Shown here one piece after another: positions 47,400 through 56,259 of a DNA stretch of 64,000 nt. The stretch's first letter is position 1. Each line of letters starts with the position of its first letter. Both the position numbers and the translations under genes were made by a program. Origin of the DNA: Flavobacteriales bacterium (GTDB lineage: Bacteria > Bacteroidota > Bacteroidia > Flavobacteriales_F > PHOS-HE28); NCBI GenBank assembly GCA_016787995.1, contig JAEUTB010000103.1, positions 39,827 through 103,826 on the forward strand, read 5' to 3'. The notes under the pieces were generated by a model. That model searched no databases. It saw only the letters and a program-made list of their open reading frames with translations, and was not told where the DNA came from.

Positions 47400-48928
47400 A
47401 CGTTAGTTGGGCGTGGGCGTTGGCCGAAGACGGGATCGCTGTACTCGGCCTGTTCCACGTAAAGGCTGAGGATGGAGATCGCTGCCTCGTCGGCGTCGGG
47501 CGCATCGTCGTGCGTGTCGTAGCCTGGCTCGATGCCTTTGAGCTGCTCCAAGGCCACCATGCTGTCCGAGTGGTTCTTCAGCTTCTCGCTGAACCATACA
47601 CGGCCGGTCTGGTAGAAGGGGTGCATGGAGAGGATGCGGTCGTACTTCGCCGCCTTGCTTCGGTCGGCCTGGCCCAGGCGCAACTCGTACTTCTCCTCCT
47701 TGCACACCGCGCGGATGGTCTGTGCGAGTGCATCGTTCCAGAACTGGCTCTCGTATTGCCAATGCACGATGGCGCTGTCGGGCAGATTGCGGTCGTACTC
47801 GATCATCCACCGCACGGCATCGGCCATCTTGCTCTGCTTGCAATAGGTGGCGATGAGCCAGTACTGATTGTCGGCGTCAAGGCCCCACACGCGCACGGCG
47901 TTGTAGTCAGCCGTAGCCGTTCCGGCATAGGCCACATCCCAGTGGCCCACGATGTGCTTGAAGTGGTCGATCCGTGGCGGCTTACCCCAGTTGAACAGCT
48001 CGTCCTTGAACATGGCACCCTCGGTGTGGGGTTCATGCTGGTACTCCGCGCGGGTGGGAATGATGCCGTCCTCGGCCTCCTTCTTCTTCCAGTAGGCCGC
48101 TGTGTACTTGTCGGGCCAAGAAGGCTCGTAGGTCACCGGGTCGTAAGCCTTCACCTCGTGACACTTCCACGTGGGGTGCTTCTCCAAGAGGCGCGTCTGG
48201 ATCATGTCCGGCGCGAAGCGGTTGTTCGCGATCACCAGCCGTTGCACAGGTCCGTCGAAGCAGCCGATCACGTCGGTCTCTATCCATCGGGCCATCTCGG
48301 CCAGGCGCTTAGGGTTCTTGCAGAGCTGGCGCGTCTCGCAATCATCCGGTACGATGTACGTAGGCCGCAGGCTGCGACGGCGCAGGCCGCGTACGCTTTG
48401 GCCCATACCGAGCGCGGCACCAACGAAGCCGCCACGCGTGGCGAAGAAGCCATCGGTCCAGTCCCCATCGGTCTGCTGGTCGCCAAAGTCATGGAGCAGT
48501 CTGGGGTTGGCCTCGAACTCGGCTTGAACGTCGCTTAGAAGCGTCTTCGCCTTGTCGAAGTTGCTGCCAATGATGACTAAGTACATCGGCTCGCCACGTG
48601 CCCACAGCCACAAGGGTATGATCACCGTGGCCCATACGCTCTTGGCATGGCCACGCGCCCAGCGCAGTACGATACGGATGTCCTGGGTTCGGAGCACCTT
48701 CAGTGCTGCCTCACGTTGGAACGCGGCCGACGGGCTGGTGCAGTAGTGCGGCAGGTAGGTCTCGGCGAAGGTGACCGGGTCGGCCTTGGTCGCTTCGATC
48801 CTGGCTCGCTGTTCATCGGCCGTTTCATGCACGTTGAAGCCCTTGCTCGCGCGCAGGATCTCCAGCTTGCGCCGGTACTGCTCAAGCTCTCGCAGGCCGC
48901 GCTTATGGTCGCGTGACTTCTTGCTCAT
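47393..48928 (-). CDS. terminase large subunit
   Basis: 511-aa ORF with an ATPase region (…LRWARGHAKSVWATVIIPLWLW… Walker A-like) and a C-terminal RNaseH-like nuclease. Confidence 0.85.
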   Translation of the reverse strand: MSKKSRDHKRGLRELEQYRRKLEILRASKGFNVHETADEQRARIEATKADPVTFAETYLPHYCTSPSAAFQREAALKVLRTQDIRIVLRWARGHAKSVWATVIIPLWLWARGEPMYLVIIGSNFDKAKTLLSDVQAEFEANPRLLHDFGDQQTDGDWTDGFFATRGGFVGAALGMGQSVRGLRRRSLRPTYIVPDDCETRQLCKNPKRLAEMARWIETDVIGCFDGPVQRLVIANNRFAPDMIQTRLLEKHPTWKCHEVKAYDPVTYEPSWPDKYTAAYWKKKEAEDGIIPTRAEYQHEPHTEGAMFKDELFNWGKPPRIDHFKHIVGHWDVAYAGTATADYNAVRVWGLDADNQYWLIATYCKQSKMADAVRWMIEYDRNLPDSAIVHWQYESQFWNDALAQTIRAVCKEEKYELRLGQADRSKAAKYDRILSMHPFYQTGRVWFSEKLKNHSDSMVALEQLKGIEPGYDTHDDAPDADEAAISILSLYVEQAEYSDPVFGQRPRPTNVW

Positions 48929-49125
48929 TACATACCGAAGAAGCGTGAAACGATACGGTATCCGAGCGCTGTGCCGAGGATAGCGCCGCCAAGGATGAAT
49001 ACTGCTGCGATCAGAGCCATGCAGCCTTGGAACAAGTCGCGCGCGTGATCACCGACGGTCATCGGGCGGAACTCATCGGCGACGTTGTCCGGGTCTTCTG
49101 GTCGGTGTTGACGTGCGGTCCACAT
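48928..49125 (-). CDS. small membrane protein
   Basis: 65-aa ORF with one TM helix. Confidence 0.35.
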   Translation of the reverse strand: MWTARQHRPEDPDNVADEFRPMTVGDHARDLFQGCMALIAAVFILGGAILGTALGYRIVSRFFGM

Positions 49126-49134
49126 GTGGGCTGG

Positions 49135-49617
49135 TCATTCGTGTAGGCGTGCAGCCTCCTCCAGCATCATGCTCTGGAAGTCCAGGAGCTGGGCATGGAG
49201 ACCAGGGTTGTGCTTCTGTAGACCCGAGCAGAACCAGTCCATCACGCGCACGCGATGGCTCAGCGTGATGTCGTTCTCGCTTCGCACCACCTCCAGCGTC
49301 TTGCTCGTCTTCACCAGCGCGTCGACAAGGCGAGCCTTCTCCTTCGGGTTGCTGCCTTGCTCACGTTCCATCTGCGTGAGCTGCTCGGTGTAGGTCTGGA
49401 TCAGGCCACGCAGGGCGTTCTCCACGTTCTGCGAGTTGGTCAGGTGCGCAGCTCGCAAGCCTTCCCAGTTGCCCTTGGTGGCCCATTCGCCCACTGTCTT
49501 TTCGCGGACGTTCAGTTGCTCGGCGATCTCCTTGCGGGTCTTGCCTTGCTCAACGAACATGATGCGCGCAACACCGCGCTCTGCGTCCTTCGCCATGGCC
49601 ACGAAGGTGCCGTGCAT
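49135..49617 (-). CDS. HTH protein, terminase small subunit candidate
   Basis: N-terminal HTH (…GKTRKEIAEQLNVREKTVGEWA…), immediately upstream of the large terminase subunit. Confidence 0.55.
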   Translation of the reverse strand: MHGTFVAMAKDAERGVARIMFVEQGKTRKEIAEQLNVREKTVGEWATKGNWEGLRAAHLTNSQNVENALRGLIQTYTEQLTQMEREQGSNPKEKARLVDALVKTSKTLEVVRSENDITLSHRVRVMDWFCSGLQKHNPGLHAQLLDFQSMMLEEAARLHE

Positions 49618-49708
49618 CAGATCGCGCGCGCGCGAATTTCTCGCATGGTACGGGGTACGTACCCCGTTACATGGTTTCTCCTTTTGGTGGCGGGTTCATC
49701 GGCGGTGA

Positions 49709-50851
49709 ATGTTTGCCGCCGTCATGAGCAAACGCCGCCCTCTCGTACTCACCGCACAGCGCAACGGCCGCAGGGCCGATGTGCGTATCGAGGGCATGAT
49801 CGCGTCCTACGAGCAGGCCAACGCCCGCGAGTTCGAGGCGCAGGTATCGCAGCTGGTCGCTGCTGGCGTTACGGACGCCCACGTGTACATCGACAGTGAA
49901 GGTGGCAGCGTGTTAGAGGCCAAGCGTCTGGTCAACGCGCTGCGTAAGTTCTCGGGCCGGATCACGGGCGAAGGAGGTCCTGCCGTGATGAGCGCTGCCA
50001 CCTACGTGGGTCTGAAGCTGGACGAGTTCAAGCTCTCGCGAACGACCTCCTACATGTTCCATAAGCCGAAAGGGCGCGTGGAGGGTAATGAGGACGAGGT
50101 TGAAGCCGACCTGAAGGGCCTGCGCGACATCACCAAGGAGTACCGCACCGCCTACGCCAAGAAGACCGGCAAGAGCGAGGACGAGATCGAGCAACTGTGG
50201 AGCAAGGGCGACCGCTGGTATACCGGCGAGGAAGCCGTTGCCGAAGGCTTCGTGGATGGTCTGGTGGAGGATGAACAGGACGAGCTCGATGAGGAGACCG
50301 TGATGCGCATCGCCGCGTGCGGTTGCCCTGCCAACAAGTTACCCAAGGCCGCATCGGCCACAACTCAATCAACGATGGACATCAAAGCCTTGCGTACCGT
50401 GTTCGGTATGCCCGAAACCGCGACCGAAGCCGAAGTGATCGCTCGCGCCAATGACCTCAAGCAAGCGAACGACCGGCACGTGGCTGCCGCTGCCGAGCTG
50501 CGCAAGAACGAGGTGAAGTCCATCCTGGACAAGGCGATCGCCGAGCGCAAGCTCACCGAGGCGCACCGCGCCAGCTACGAGAGCAAGTTCACCGCTGCCT
50601 TCGATGCCACCAAGGCCGAAGTGGAAGCCCTATCACCGGCACCTAACGTGGCCGCCGAAGTGGCCGCCGGTGGCGCTGCCGATGCATCTGGTGCAGCCGC
50701 TGCGACCGCACAGGCTCGCAAGGACAAGGACTACGCCTGGTGGGCGAAGAACGACCCGAAAGGCCTCCAGGAAATGATGACCAAGGACAAGGCCGGATTC
50801 ACGGCGCTCTTCCAGGCGCACTACGGCAAGGCTCCTGTCTTCCCCGCCTGA
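49709..50851 (+). CDS. prohead protease (ClpP/S14-like) with C-terminal scaffold region (Mu gpI-like)
   Basis: N-terminal ClpP-like fold (…VYIDSEGGSV…MSAATYVGL…HKPKG) and a C-terminal Ala/Glu/Lys-rich coiled coil. Confidence 0.7.
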   Translation: MFAAVMSKRRPLVLTAQRNGRRADVRIEGMIASYEQANAREFEAQVSQLVAAGVTDAHVYIDSEGGSVLEAKRLVNALRKFSGRITGEGGPAVMSAATYVGLKLDEFKLSRTTSYMFHKPKGRVEGNEDEVEADLKGLRDITKEYRTAYAKKTGKSEDEIEQLWSKGDRWYTGEEAVAEGFVDGLVEDEQDELDEETVMRIAACGCPANKLPKAASATTQSTMDIKALRTVFGMPETATEAEVIARANDLKQANDRHVAAAAELRKNEVKSILDKAIAERKLTEAHRASYESKFTAAFDATKAEVEALSPAPNVAAEVAAGGAADASGAAAATAQARKDKDYAWWAKNDPKGLQEMMTKDKAGFTALFQAHYGKAPVFPA

Positions 50852-50916
50852 TCCAACGATCACCCCGAACTCCAACAGAGTACTCACACGCACAACACGG
50901 CACAGCCGAACTACCA

Positions 50917-51966
50917 ATGAAGCACATCCTCAATTTCATCAGCGCACTGTTCCTCGTCCTGTTGGTCTCGGCCGCAGTGAGTCACGTGGCGGACATCGAA
51001 TTCGCTCACGCCTTCGCCGGTACCCTGGTGGGTTCGGTGGCGCTCTCCTTCGTGCCCATGCCGCAGGGTGTGGTGCCTGCTCTCGTCCTGAAGGAGATGT
51101 GGGAGGCCGAGTTGATCCGAGCGTTCCGCGCCAACCGATCCTGGAACGGTCGCATCCCGCGCAAGGATGCGTACGTAGGGAACAACGCCATCAATCTACA
51201 GGAGATCGGCGCGGACCCAACGGTACTCATCAACAACATCACCTATCCCATCGCGGTGGCTCAGCGTACGGACGACACCACGGTGCTTGCGCTGAACAAG
51301 TACGACACCACCAACACGGCCATCCGTCGCGACGAGTTGTACGCCATCCCCTACGATAAGGAGGGCAGCGTGATCACCCAGCACAAGGAGGTCCTTCTGG
51401 AGAAGACCGGCGAGCACGGCCTGCACATCCTCGCACCCGCTGGCAACACGGCCAATACGCCGGTGATCGCCACCACCGGTGTGGACAACGGCAACGCACG
51501 CCGTCGTTTGAAGAGCGCCGACCTGATCACGTTGAAGAACCGCCTGGACAACCTGAAGGTGCCCAAGGAGGGCCGCATCCTGGTGCTCTGCTCTGATCAC
51601 GTGGCCGACCTGCTCCTGGAAGACCAGAGCTTCCAGTTGCGCTACAACGGCAACACGGAGAAGGGTGTTATCATCGGCATGTTCTACGGCTTCGAGATCT
51701 TCGAGGACGTATACAACCCGGTCTACAACGCAGGCACGACCAAGGTGGGCTATGGCGTGGCCGCTGCACCCAGCACGGACCGCAACGCCAGTGTGTGCTT
51801 CTACGCACCGCGCGCCTTCCAGGCCAGCGGCACCACGGAGATGTTCTTCCGCGACAAGTCGATCGACCCGGAGAACCGTCAGTCGGTGGTCGGCTTCCAG
51901 CAGTACCACATCATCGCACCAATGAAGAACATCGGCTTCGGTGCCATCGCCAGCGCCATCATCTAA
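50917..51966 (+). CDS. major capsid protein candidate
   Basis: ~350-aa ORF directly after the protease/scaffold gene. Its composition is beta-rich. Confidence 0.6.
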   Translation: MKHILNFISALFLVLLVSAAVSHVADIEFAHAFAGTLVGSVALSFVPMPQGVVPALVLKEMWEAELIRAFRANRSWNGRIPRKDAYVGNNAINLQEIGADPTVLINNITYPIAVAQRTDDTTVLALNKYDTTNTAIRRDELYAIPYDKEGSVITQHKEVLLEKTGEHGLHILAPAGNTANTPVIATTGVDNGNARRRLKSADLITLKNRLDNLKVPKEGRILVLCSDHVADLLLEDQSFQLRYNGNTEKGVIIGMFYGFEIFEDVYNPVYNAGTTKVGYGVAAAPSTDRNASVCFYAPRAFQASGTTEMFFRDKSIDPENRQSVVGFQQYHIIAPMKNIGFGAIASAII

Positions 51967-52038
51967 GCGCCTCACACTTCCTCCGCCCCGCTCCGCCATA
52001 CGGCGGATGCGGGGTTGGGGTGGTGAAAACGGACTGCA

Positions 52039-53364
52039 ATGCGCGAACTGAAGGGGTACAAAGAGGAACTCGCCGCAATCGGCCTCCTCTCCATTGTGTT
52101 GCTTCTGATCCGGTGGGTCAGCTCCACCATCTGGCCGACGACTGGACAGTACGACCTGGCCGCGCAGACCGAGACGGTGTTCTTCGTTGTGTTGCGCTTG
52201 GTGATCTACATATTGGCCGCATGCTTGGGTCTTCGCATTGTATCGCCAAAGGCATACACCCACCTGAAGCATCGCCTTCTAGATCGGTTCGATACCCTTC
52301 CCGAGGAGAAGAAGGACAGCTACTCGCTACGAATCTTCGCGGTCATCTTCTTCGGCCTCATCGGACTCGCCGTTGCAGGCTCGCCGGTCGCACCTACCTC
52401 ATCCTTTGTTCGCACGTGTATTGTCGATGCCGCGATGTCCGACGTGGGCGTGCGCGAAGCCACAGGCCGCAATGACGGACCTGCGGTGGAGCGCTACCTC
52501 GCCCACGTCGGCCTCGGCAAGGGCAACCCATGGTGCGCAGCATTCGTGAGCTACCACCTGGATGGATGTGGGGTGAAGAACCCCAGGAGTGCGTGGAGCC
52601 CCGCATTCGCCACTGCCGCGGATCGGGTGTGGACGCCCCGTAAGGCGTCTCGCTCCCCACTTCCAGGGGACGTCTTCAGCATCTACTACCCCAACCTCAA
52701 GCGCGTCGGCCACGTCGGCTTCGTGCGCGGCATTGAGGGTAAGTACCTGCTCACCATCGAAGGCAACACCAGCGGACCGGGCAGCCGCGAAGGAGATGGT
52801 GTCTACGCCCGCAAACGAGAACTCGCCAAGATCCATGCTATCACGTCTTACACCTCGCCAGCGCCTCGGAATTCTGGTGCTACTCGTACTGGTAGCATTC
52901 GCAATGGGCGCCTGCAAACGCAAACAGCAGCTCGTAAGTACCGCGACCACCAACTCCGAGGTGCAGAAGGAGCAAGGCGTTACACCGCGCGACTCGAACG
53001 TGACAGTGCCTGGTGCGCGCGTGGAGGGAAGCATTCCCTTGCCACTGCCTGGTCAGGACATACCCACCGAGACAGTGCGCAGCGATCGCGCTTGGAGTTC
53101 GGTGGCCGTGACCAACGGCCGCATAGTCCACTCCGGTGGCTGCGACTCTGCCTCGTTCGTGGCCAAGCTCTACGATCGATGGAGTCGCGAGCACAGCTCC
53201 AAGGCCAGCACGGAGGTCGTTCAGCAGGTGACCGAGAAGGAAGTGCCTTACACGCCGAAGTGGGTGTGGTGGTCACTGCTCCTCGGTATCGCTGGAGCCG
53301 TGAAGCTGCTGTGGCCGATCGTGGCCAAGGTCCTCAAGTTCCTCAAACCCCTGTTCTAGCATGA
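52039..53364 (+). CDS. membrane-anchored (3 TM) CHAP-domain peptidoglycan hydrolase; the C-terminal ~170 aa of the ORF are probably not real protein
   Basis: CHAP motifs (…GNPWCAAFVSYHL…GHVGFVRGIEG…TIEGNTS…). After about 52860 the frame becomes Arg-rich junk and has no stop until 53364. Confidence 0.55.
   Translation: MRELKGYKEELAAIGLLSIVLLLIRWVSSTIWPTTGQYDLAAQTETVFFVVLRLVIYILAACLGLRIVSPKAYTHLKHRLLDRFDTLPEEKKDSYSLRIFAVIFFGLIGLAVAGSPVAPTSSFVRTCIVDAAMSDVGVREATGRNDGPAVERYLAHVGLGKGNPWCAAFVSYHLDGCGVKNPRSAWSPAFATAADRVWTPRKASRSPLPGDVFSIYYPNLKRVGHVGFVRGIEGKYLLTIEGNTSGPGSREGDGVYARKRELAKIHAITSYTSPAPRNSGATRTGSIRNGRLQTQTAARKYRDHQLRGAEGARRYTARLERDSAWCARGGKHSLATAWSGHTHRDSAQRSRLEFGGRDQRPHSPLRWLRLCLVRGQALRSMESRAQLQGQHGGRSAGDREGSALHAEVGVVVTAPRYRWSREAAVADRGQGPQVPQTPVLA
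52835..53359 (+). CDS. unimolecular-spanin-like protein (N-terminal lipoprotein signal, C-terminal TM), embedded in an alternative frame of the CHAP ORF
   Basis: MLSRLTPRQRLGILVLLVLVAFAMGAC (lipobox) … C-terminal WVWWSLLLGIAGAVKLLWPIVAKVL TM. Confidence 0.5.
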   Translation: MLSRLTPRQRLGILVLLVLVAFAMGACKRKQQLVSTATTNSEVQKEQGVTPRDSNVTVPGARVEGSIPLPLPGQDIPTETVRSDRAWSSVAVTNGRIVHSGGCDSASFVAKLYDRWSREHSSKASTEVVQQVTEKEVPYTPKWVWWSLLLGIAGAVKLLWPIVAKVLKFLKPLF

Positions 53365-53909
53365 ACAAGTCATTCCTTGCCTCCGTAGTTGAGGTCTTCG
53401 CTACCTATCCCGAAGCCAATGCCGTGTACCTATGCGAGGATGGCAGTGTCTTCTTGGAAGAGCGCATCAACCTGGCTCAGAACTACAGCCGCGAGAACCG
53501 CTTCGGCGCACCGCAGCTGGTGACGCGCGAAGATGCGGAAGCCATGGACAAGGCCACCGGTAAAGTGCAGGAAGTGGTCGACGACATCAAGGCGCGCAAG
53601 GATGCCGAAGCCGCTGCCGCTGACCAGGCTGCAAAGGCCGTAGCTGAGCAGGAAGCCAAGGACATCGCAGCTGCTGCGGCGGATGGCGTGATCGTGAAGA
53701 AGGATGGCGACGCTTGGCTCGCTCACCGGAACGACTTCATCAACCTGCAAGAAAGTCCGGCAGGATACGGCGACAGCATCGCGAAAGCGGTAGAGAACCT
53801 GAAGGCGCGTGAGGCTTCGCTGGAGGAAGCCGCCGCCAATCAGACCGCCCAGGATGCGGCCCGTCAGGCTGAGAAGGACAACAAGCCGAACAACGGCAAG
53901 CGCCGGTAA
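53361..53909 (+). CDS. phage protein, Ala/Lys/Glu-rich coiled coil
   Basis: 182-aa ORF. Confidence 0.5.
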   Translation: MNKSFLASVVEVFATYPEANAVYLCEDGSVFLEERINLAQNYSRENRFGAPQLVTREDAEAMDKATGKVQEVVDDIKARKDAEAAAADQAAKAVAEQEAKDIAAAAADGVIVKKDGDAWLAHRNDFINLQESPAGYGDSIAKAVENLKAREASLEEAAANQTAQDAARQAEKDNKPNNGKRR

Positions 53910-53972
53910 CCCGAACGCCACCAGGTCACAGAACATCAACCGCGCTTCAACGCGCATTGAACACAGGTTAGA

Positions 53973-55244
53973 ATGAGCTTTCGCGGACCAGTCATCAACA
54001 AGATCAACGGAGGTCTCGGCCAACAAGCGCCGAGCGACCGCAACGTCGCTGCGTTGATCATCGCCAGCGGTTACGCGGTGGGTACCACCTTCCCGCTCGG
54101 TGCCACAGTGGAGCTCGATAGCATCGACGATGCTGCTGCGCTTGGTCTTACGCCAGCCACCGATGCCAACGCCGCTGGTGATACCACGGCGCTCACCTGG
54201 TACCACATCAGCGAATTCTTCCGGCTGAACCCGGACGGTAAGCTGTTCGTCCATAACGGTAGTGCGGTGGCCGCTGCGAACATCTTCGCGGCCAACGGTC
54301 CGGCCGATGCCATCATGACCGCGAGCGCCAACAGCGTCCGGTTCATGGGAGTCGTGTTCGGCTTCGATCCCGATGCGACCCTCACCATCACCGGAGGCTT
54401 CGCCAACTTCGTGCCCACGGTGCAGGCTGCTGCCCAGGTGTGGGTTGATGCACGCGCTCAGGATCACGTCTTCGTGGACTGCGTGGTGGTGGAAGGTGTG
54501 GCTGCGAGCACCACGCTGGTGGACCTCAAGACGCTCGACAGCCCGCAGGTCCACATCACGGTCGCTTGCGACCATGGTTACCTGGCCGAATACCCAGCCG
54601 CGTTCTTGAAGACCGCTGCTGTAGGTACGGTGCTCGGTAGCATCGGCGTTCGCATGCTCAGCGAGAGCATCGGTAGCGCCGTGCTGGAGCGCTACCCGAG
54701 CGGCAAGCGTGGCTCGGCCAACTACAGCCTGGTGGACACCCGCCAGAACCGCTGGCTCAAGCCAGGCCTGAGCACCGGCGTGTTGTTCGATGCGCTCAGC
54801 CAGGCTGTGCGCGATGAGCTCACCACGAAGGCCTACGGCTATGCCGGTCGCTTCGAAGGTTATCCCGGCGTCTACTTCAACGCCGAGGCCACCTGCACCA
54901 CGGTGGTGGATGACTTCAATACCATCCATGCCAACCGCGTGTGGAACGAGTGTGCTCGTCGCTTGCGTCGCGCCCTCATTCCGCGCATCAACAGCCGCAT
55001 CCGGATCGATTCCGCCACCGGCCGCATCGCACCCGAGACCATCGCCGACTGGGACGCAGCATCCAAGCGCGAGCTGGAGGCGCTCCTGGCCGAAGGCGAG
55101 CTGGCCGACTTCACGTTCACCCTCAACCCTGAGCAGGATGTGATCGCCCAGGGCAAAGTGGTCTGCTCTGTCCGGGTGGTGCCACAAGGCATCGCCAAGG
55201 TCATCGAGGCCGACCTCGGATTCACCAACCCAGCACAAGCCTAA
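53973..55244 (+). CDS. tail sheath protein candidate
   Basis: 423-aa ORF just upstream of the tube-like gene. The opposite-strand 607-aa ORF is a shadow. Confidence 0.55.
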   Translation: MSFRGPVINKINGGLGQQAPSDRNVAALIIASGYAVGTTFPLGATVELDSIDDAAALGLTPATDANAAGDTTALTWYHISEFFRLNPDGKLFVHNGSAVAAANIFAANGPADAIMTASANSVRFMGVVFGFDPDATLTITGGFANFVPTVQAAAQVWVDARAQDHVFVDCVVVEGVAASTTLVDLKTLDSPQVHITVACDHGYLAEYPAAFLKTAAVGTVLGSIGVRMLSESIGSAVLERYPSGKRGSANYSLVDTRQNRWLKPGLSTGVLFDALSQAVRDELTTKAYGYAGRFEGYPGVYFNAEATCTTVVDDFNTIHANRVWNECARRLRRALIPRINSRIRIDSATGRIAPETIADWDAASKRELEALLAEGELADFTFTLNPEQDVIAQGKVVCSVRVVPQGIAKVIEADLGFTNPAQA

Positions 55245-55246
55245 CC

Positions 55247-55678
55247 ATGGCAACAGAGATCATCAACAACTTCGGCCAGGTGGCCGGTTGGAACCAGCAC
55301 AGCGTTGTGCTGCTCGGTCGCAAGCTCGTAGGTATCTCCAAGATCTCCTACAAGGACAGCACCGAAGTGGAGGCCATCTACGGAGCTGGTGGATACCCCG
55401 TAGGTACCGGCGACGGCAACTACAGCGCCGAGTGCGGCATGACGCTCCTGAAGGAGGAGGTGGAAGCACTGCTCGGCAGCTTGCCAGCTGGCAGCCGCCT
55501 ACAGGACATCCCCGCTACGGACATCCCGATCCTTACCATCCGCAACGGCCGCACCACCAAGGACGTGATCCGGAACTTCCGGTTCACCGGCCTCGGTAAG
55601 GAGGTGAGCCAAGGCGACAAGAGCGTGTACCTGGAGATGCCGTGCTTCTGCACGCACATCGACTGGAACGTGCAGTAA
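55247..55678 (+). CDS. tail tube protein candidate
   Basis: 143-aa ORF whose position and size match a myovirus tube. Confidence 0.5.
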   Translation: MATEIINNFGQVAGWNQHSVVLLGRKLVGISKISYKDSTEVEAIYGAGGYPVGTGDGNYSAECGMTLLKEEVEALLGSLPAGSRLQDIPATDIPILTIRNGRTTKDVIRNFRFTGLGKEVSQGDKSVYLEMPCFCTHIDWNVQ

Positions 55679-55735
55679 GAGCCGTTGCGACCGCGCTGAA
55701 GAGGCACCTGAATACCCCGAACCCAAACCAAACCA

Positions 55736-56083
55736 ATGGCCAAGAAGAACGACGTATCGCGCCTCCCAGAAGGCGTCACCGAAGAGAAGCTCAAGCAGCT
55801 GATCGCCAAGCACGGCACCGTATACCCCATCCGCCAGGTGGATGGGGACAAGATGTATCGCGGCCTGTTCCGCAAGCCGAACCTGGCCGACATGAGCGCA
55901 GCCTCGAGCCTGGGTAATGACCAGATCGCGGCAGGTCGATTGGTGTACGAGAGCTGCAAGCTCGCCGTGGACCCTGGCGTTGAGGATAACGACGAAGTGT
56001 TGCTCGCGTTCATCAAGGGCGTGAACAAGCTCTTTCGCAGCCTCGAAGCAGAAGTGGGGGAACCATTCGGCGCCGCGCAATAA
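55736..56083 (+). CDS. tail assembly chaperone (with -1 frameshift extension to 56259)
   Basis: 115-aa ORF. An overlapping -1 frame ORF ends exactly at the tape-measure start. A G-run at 56055-56060 is a candidate slip site. Confidence 0.55.
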   Translation: MAKKNDVSRLPEGVTEEKLKQLIAKHGTVYPIRQVDGDKMYRGLFRKPNLADMSAASSLGNDQIAAGRLVYESCKLAVDPGVEDNDEVLLAFIKGVNKLFRSLEAEVGEPFGAAQ

Positions 56084-56259
56084 GCCACAGCGCGGGCGCC
56101 GACCAACTGCGAAAGGGGCGAGCGCTGGTCAGAAGCGAGTTCGGCATCGATCCGGATTCGCTTACCGATAGGCAGTTCATAGAGTACTGGATCGAAGCCG
56201 ACTGGCTTCTGCATTACAAGGCCGAGCTGCTCGGTAAGCGGCTCGGCCTCATCAAGTAA

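Noticed and set aside
47384-48538. 384-aa plus-strand ORF inside the terminase gene
   Set aside because: Antisense shadow ORF; the terminase large-subunit motifs are on the minus strand.
53430-55253. 607-aa minus-strand ORF
   Set aside because: It lies antisense to the sheath-like gene and its translation is low-complexity (runs of G/D/A/H). The plus-strand ORF fits the operon direction and has a protein-like sequence.
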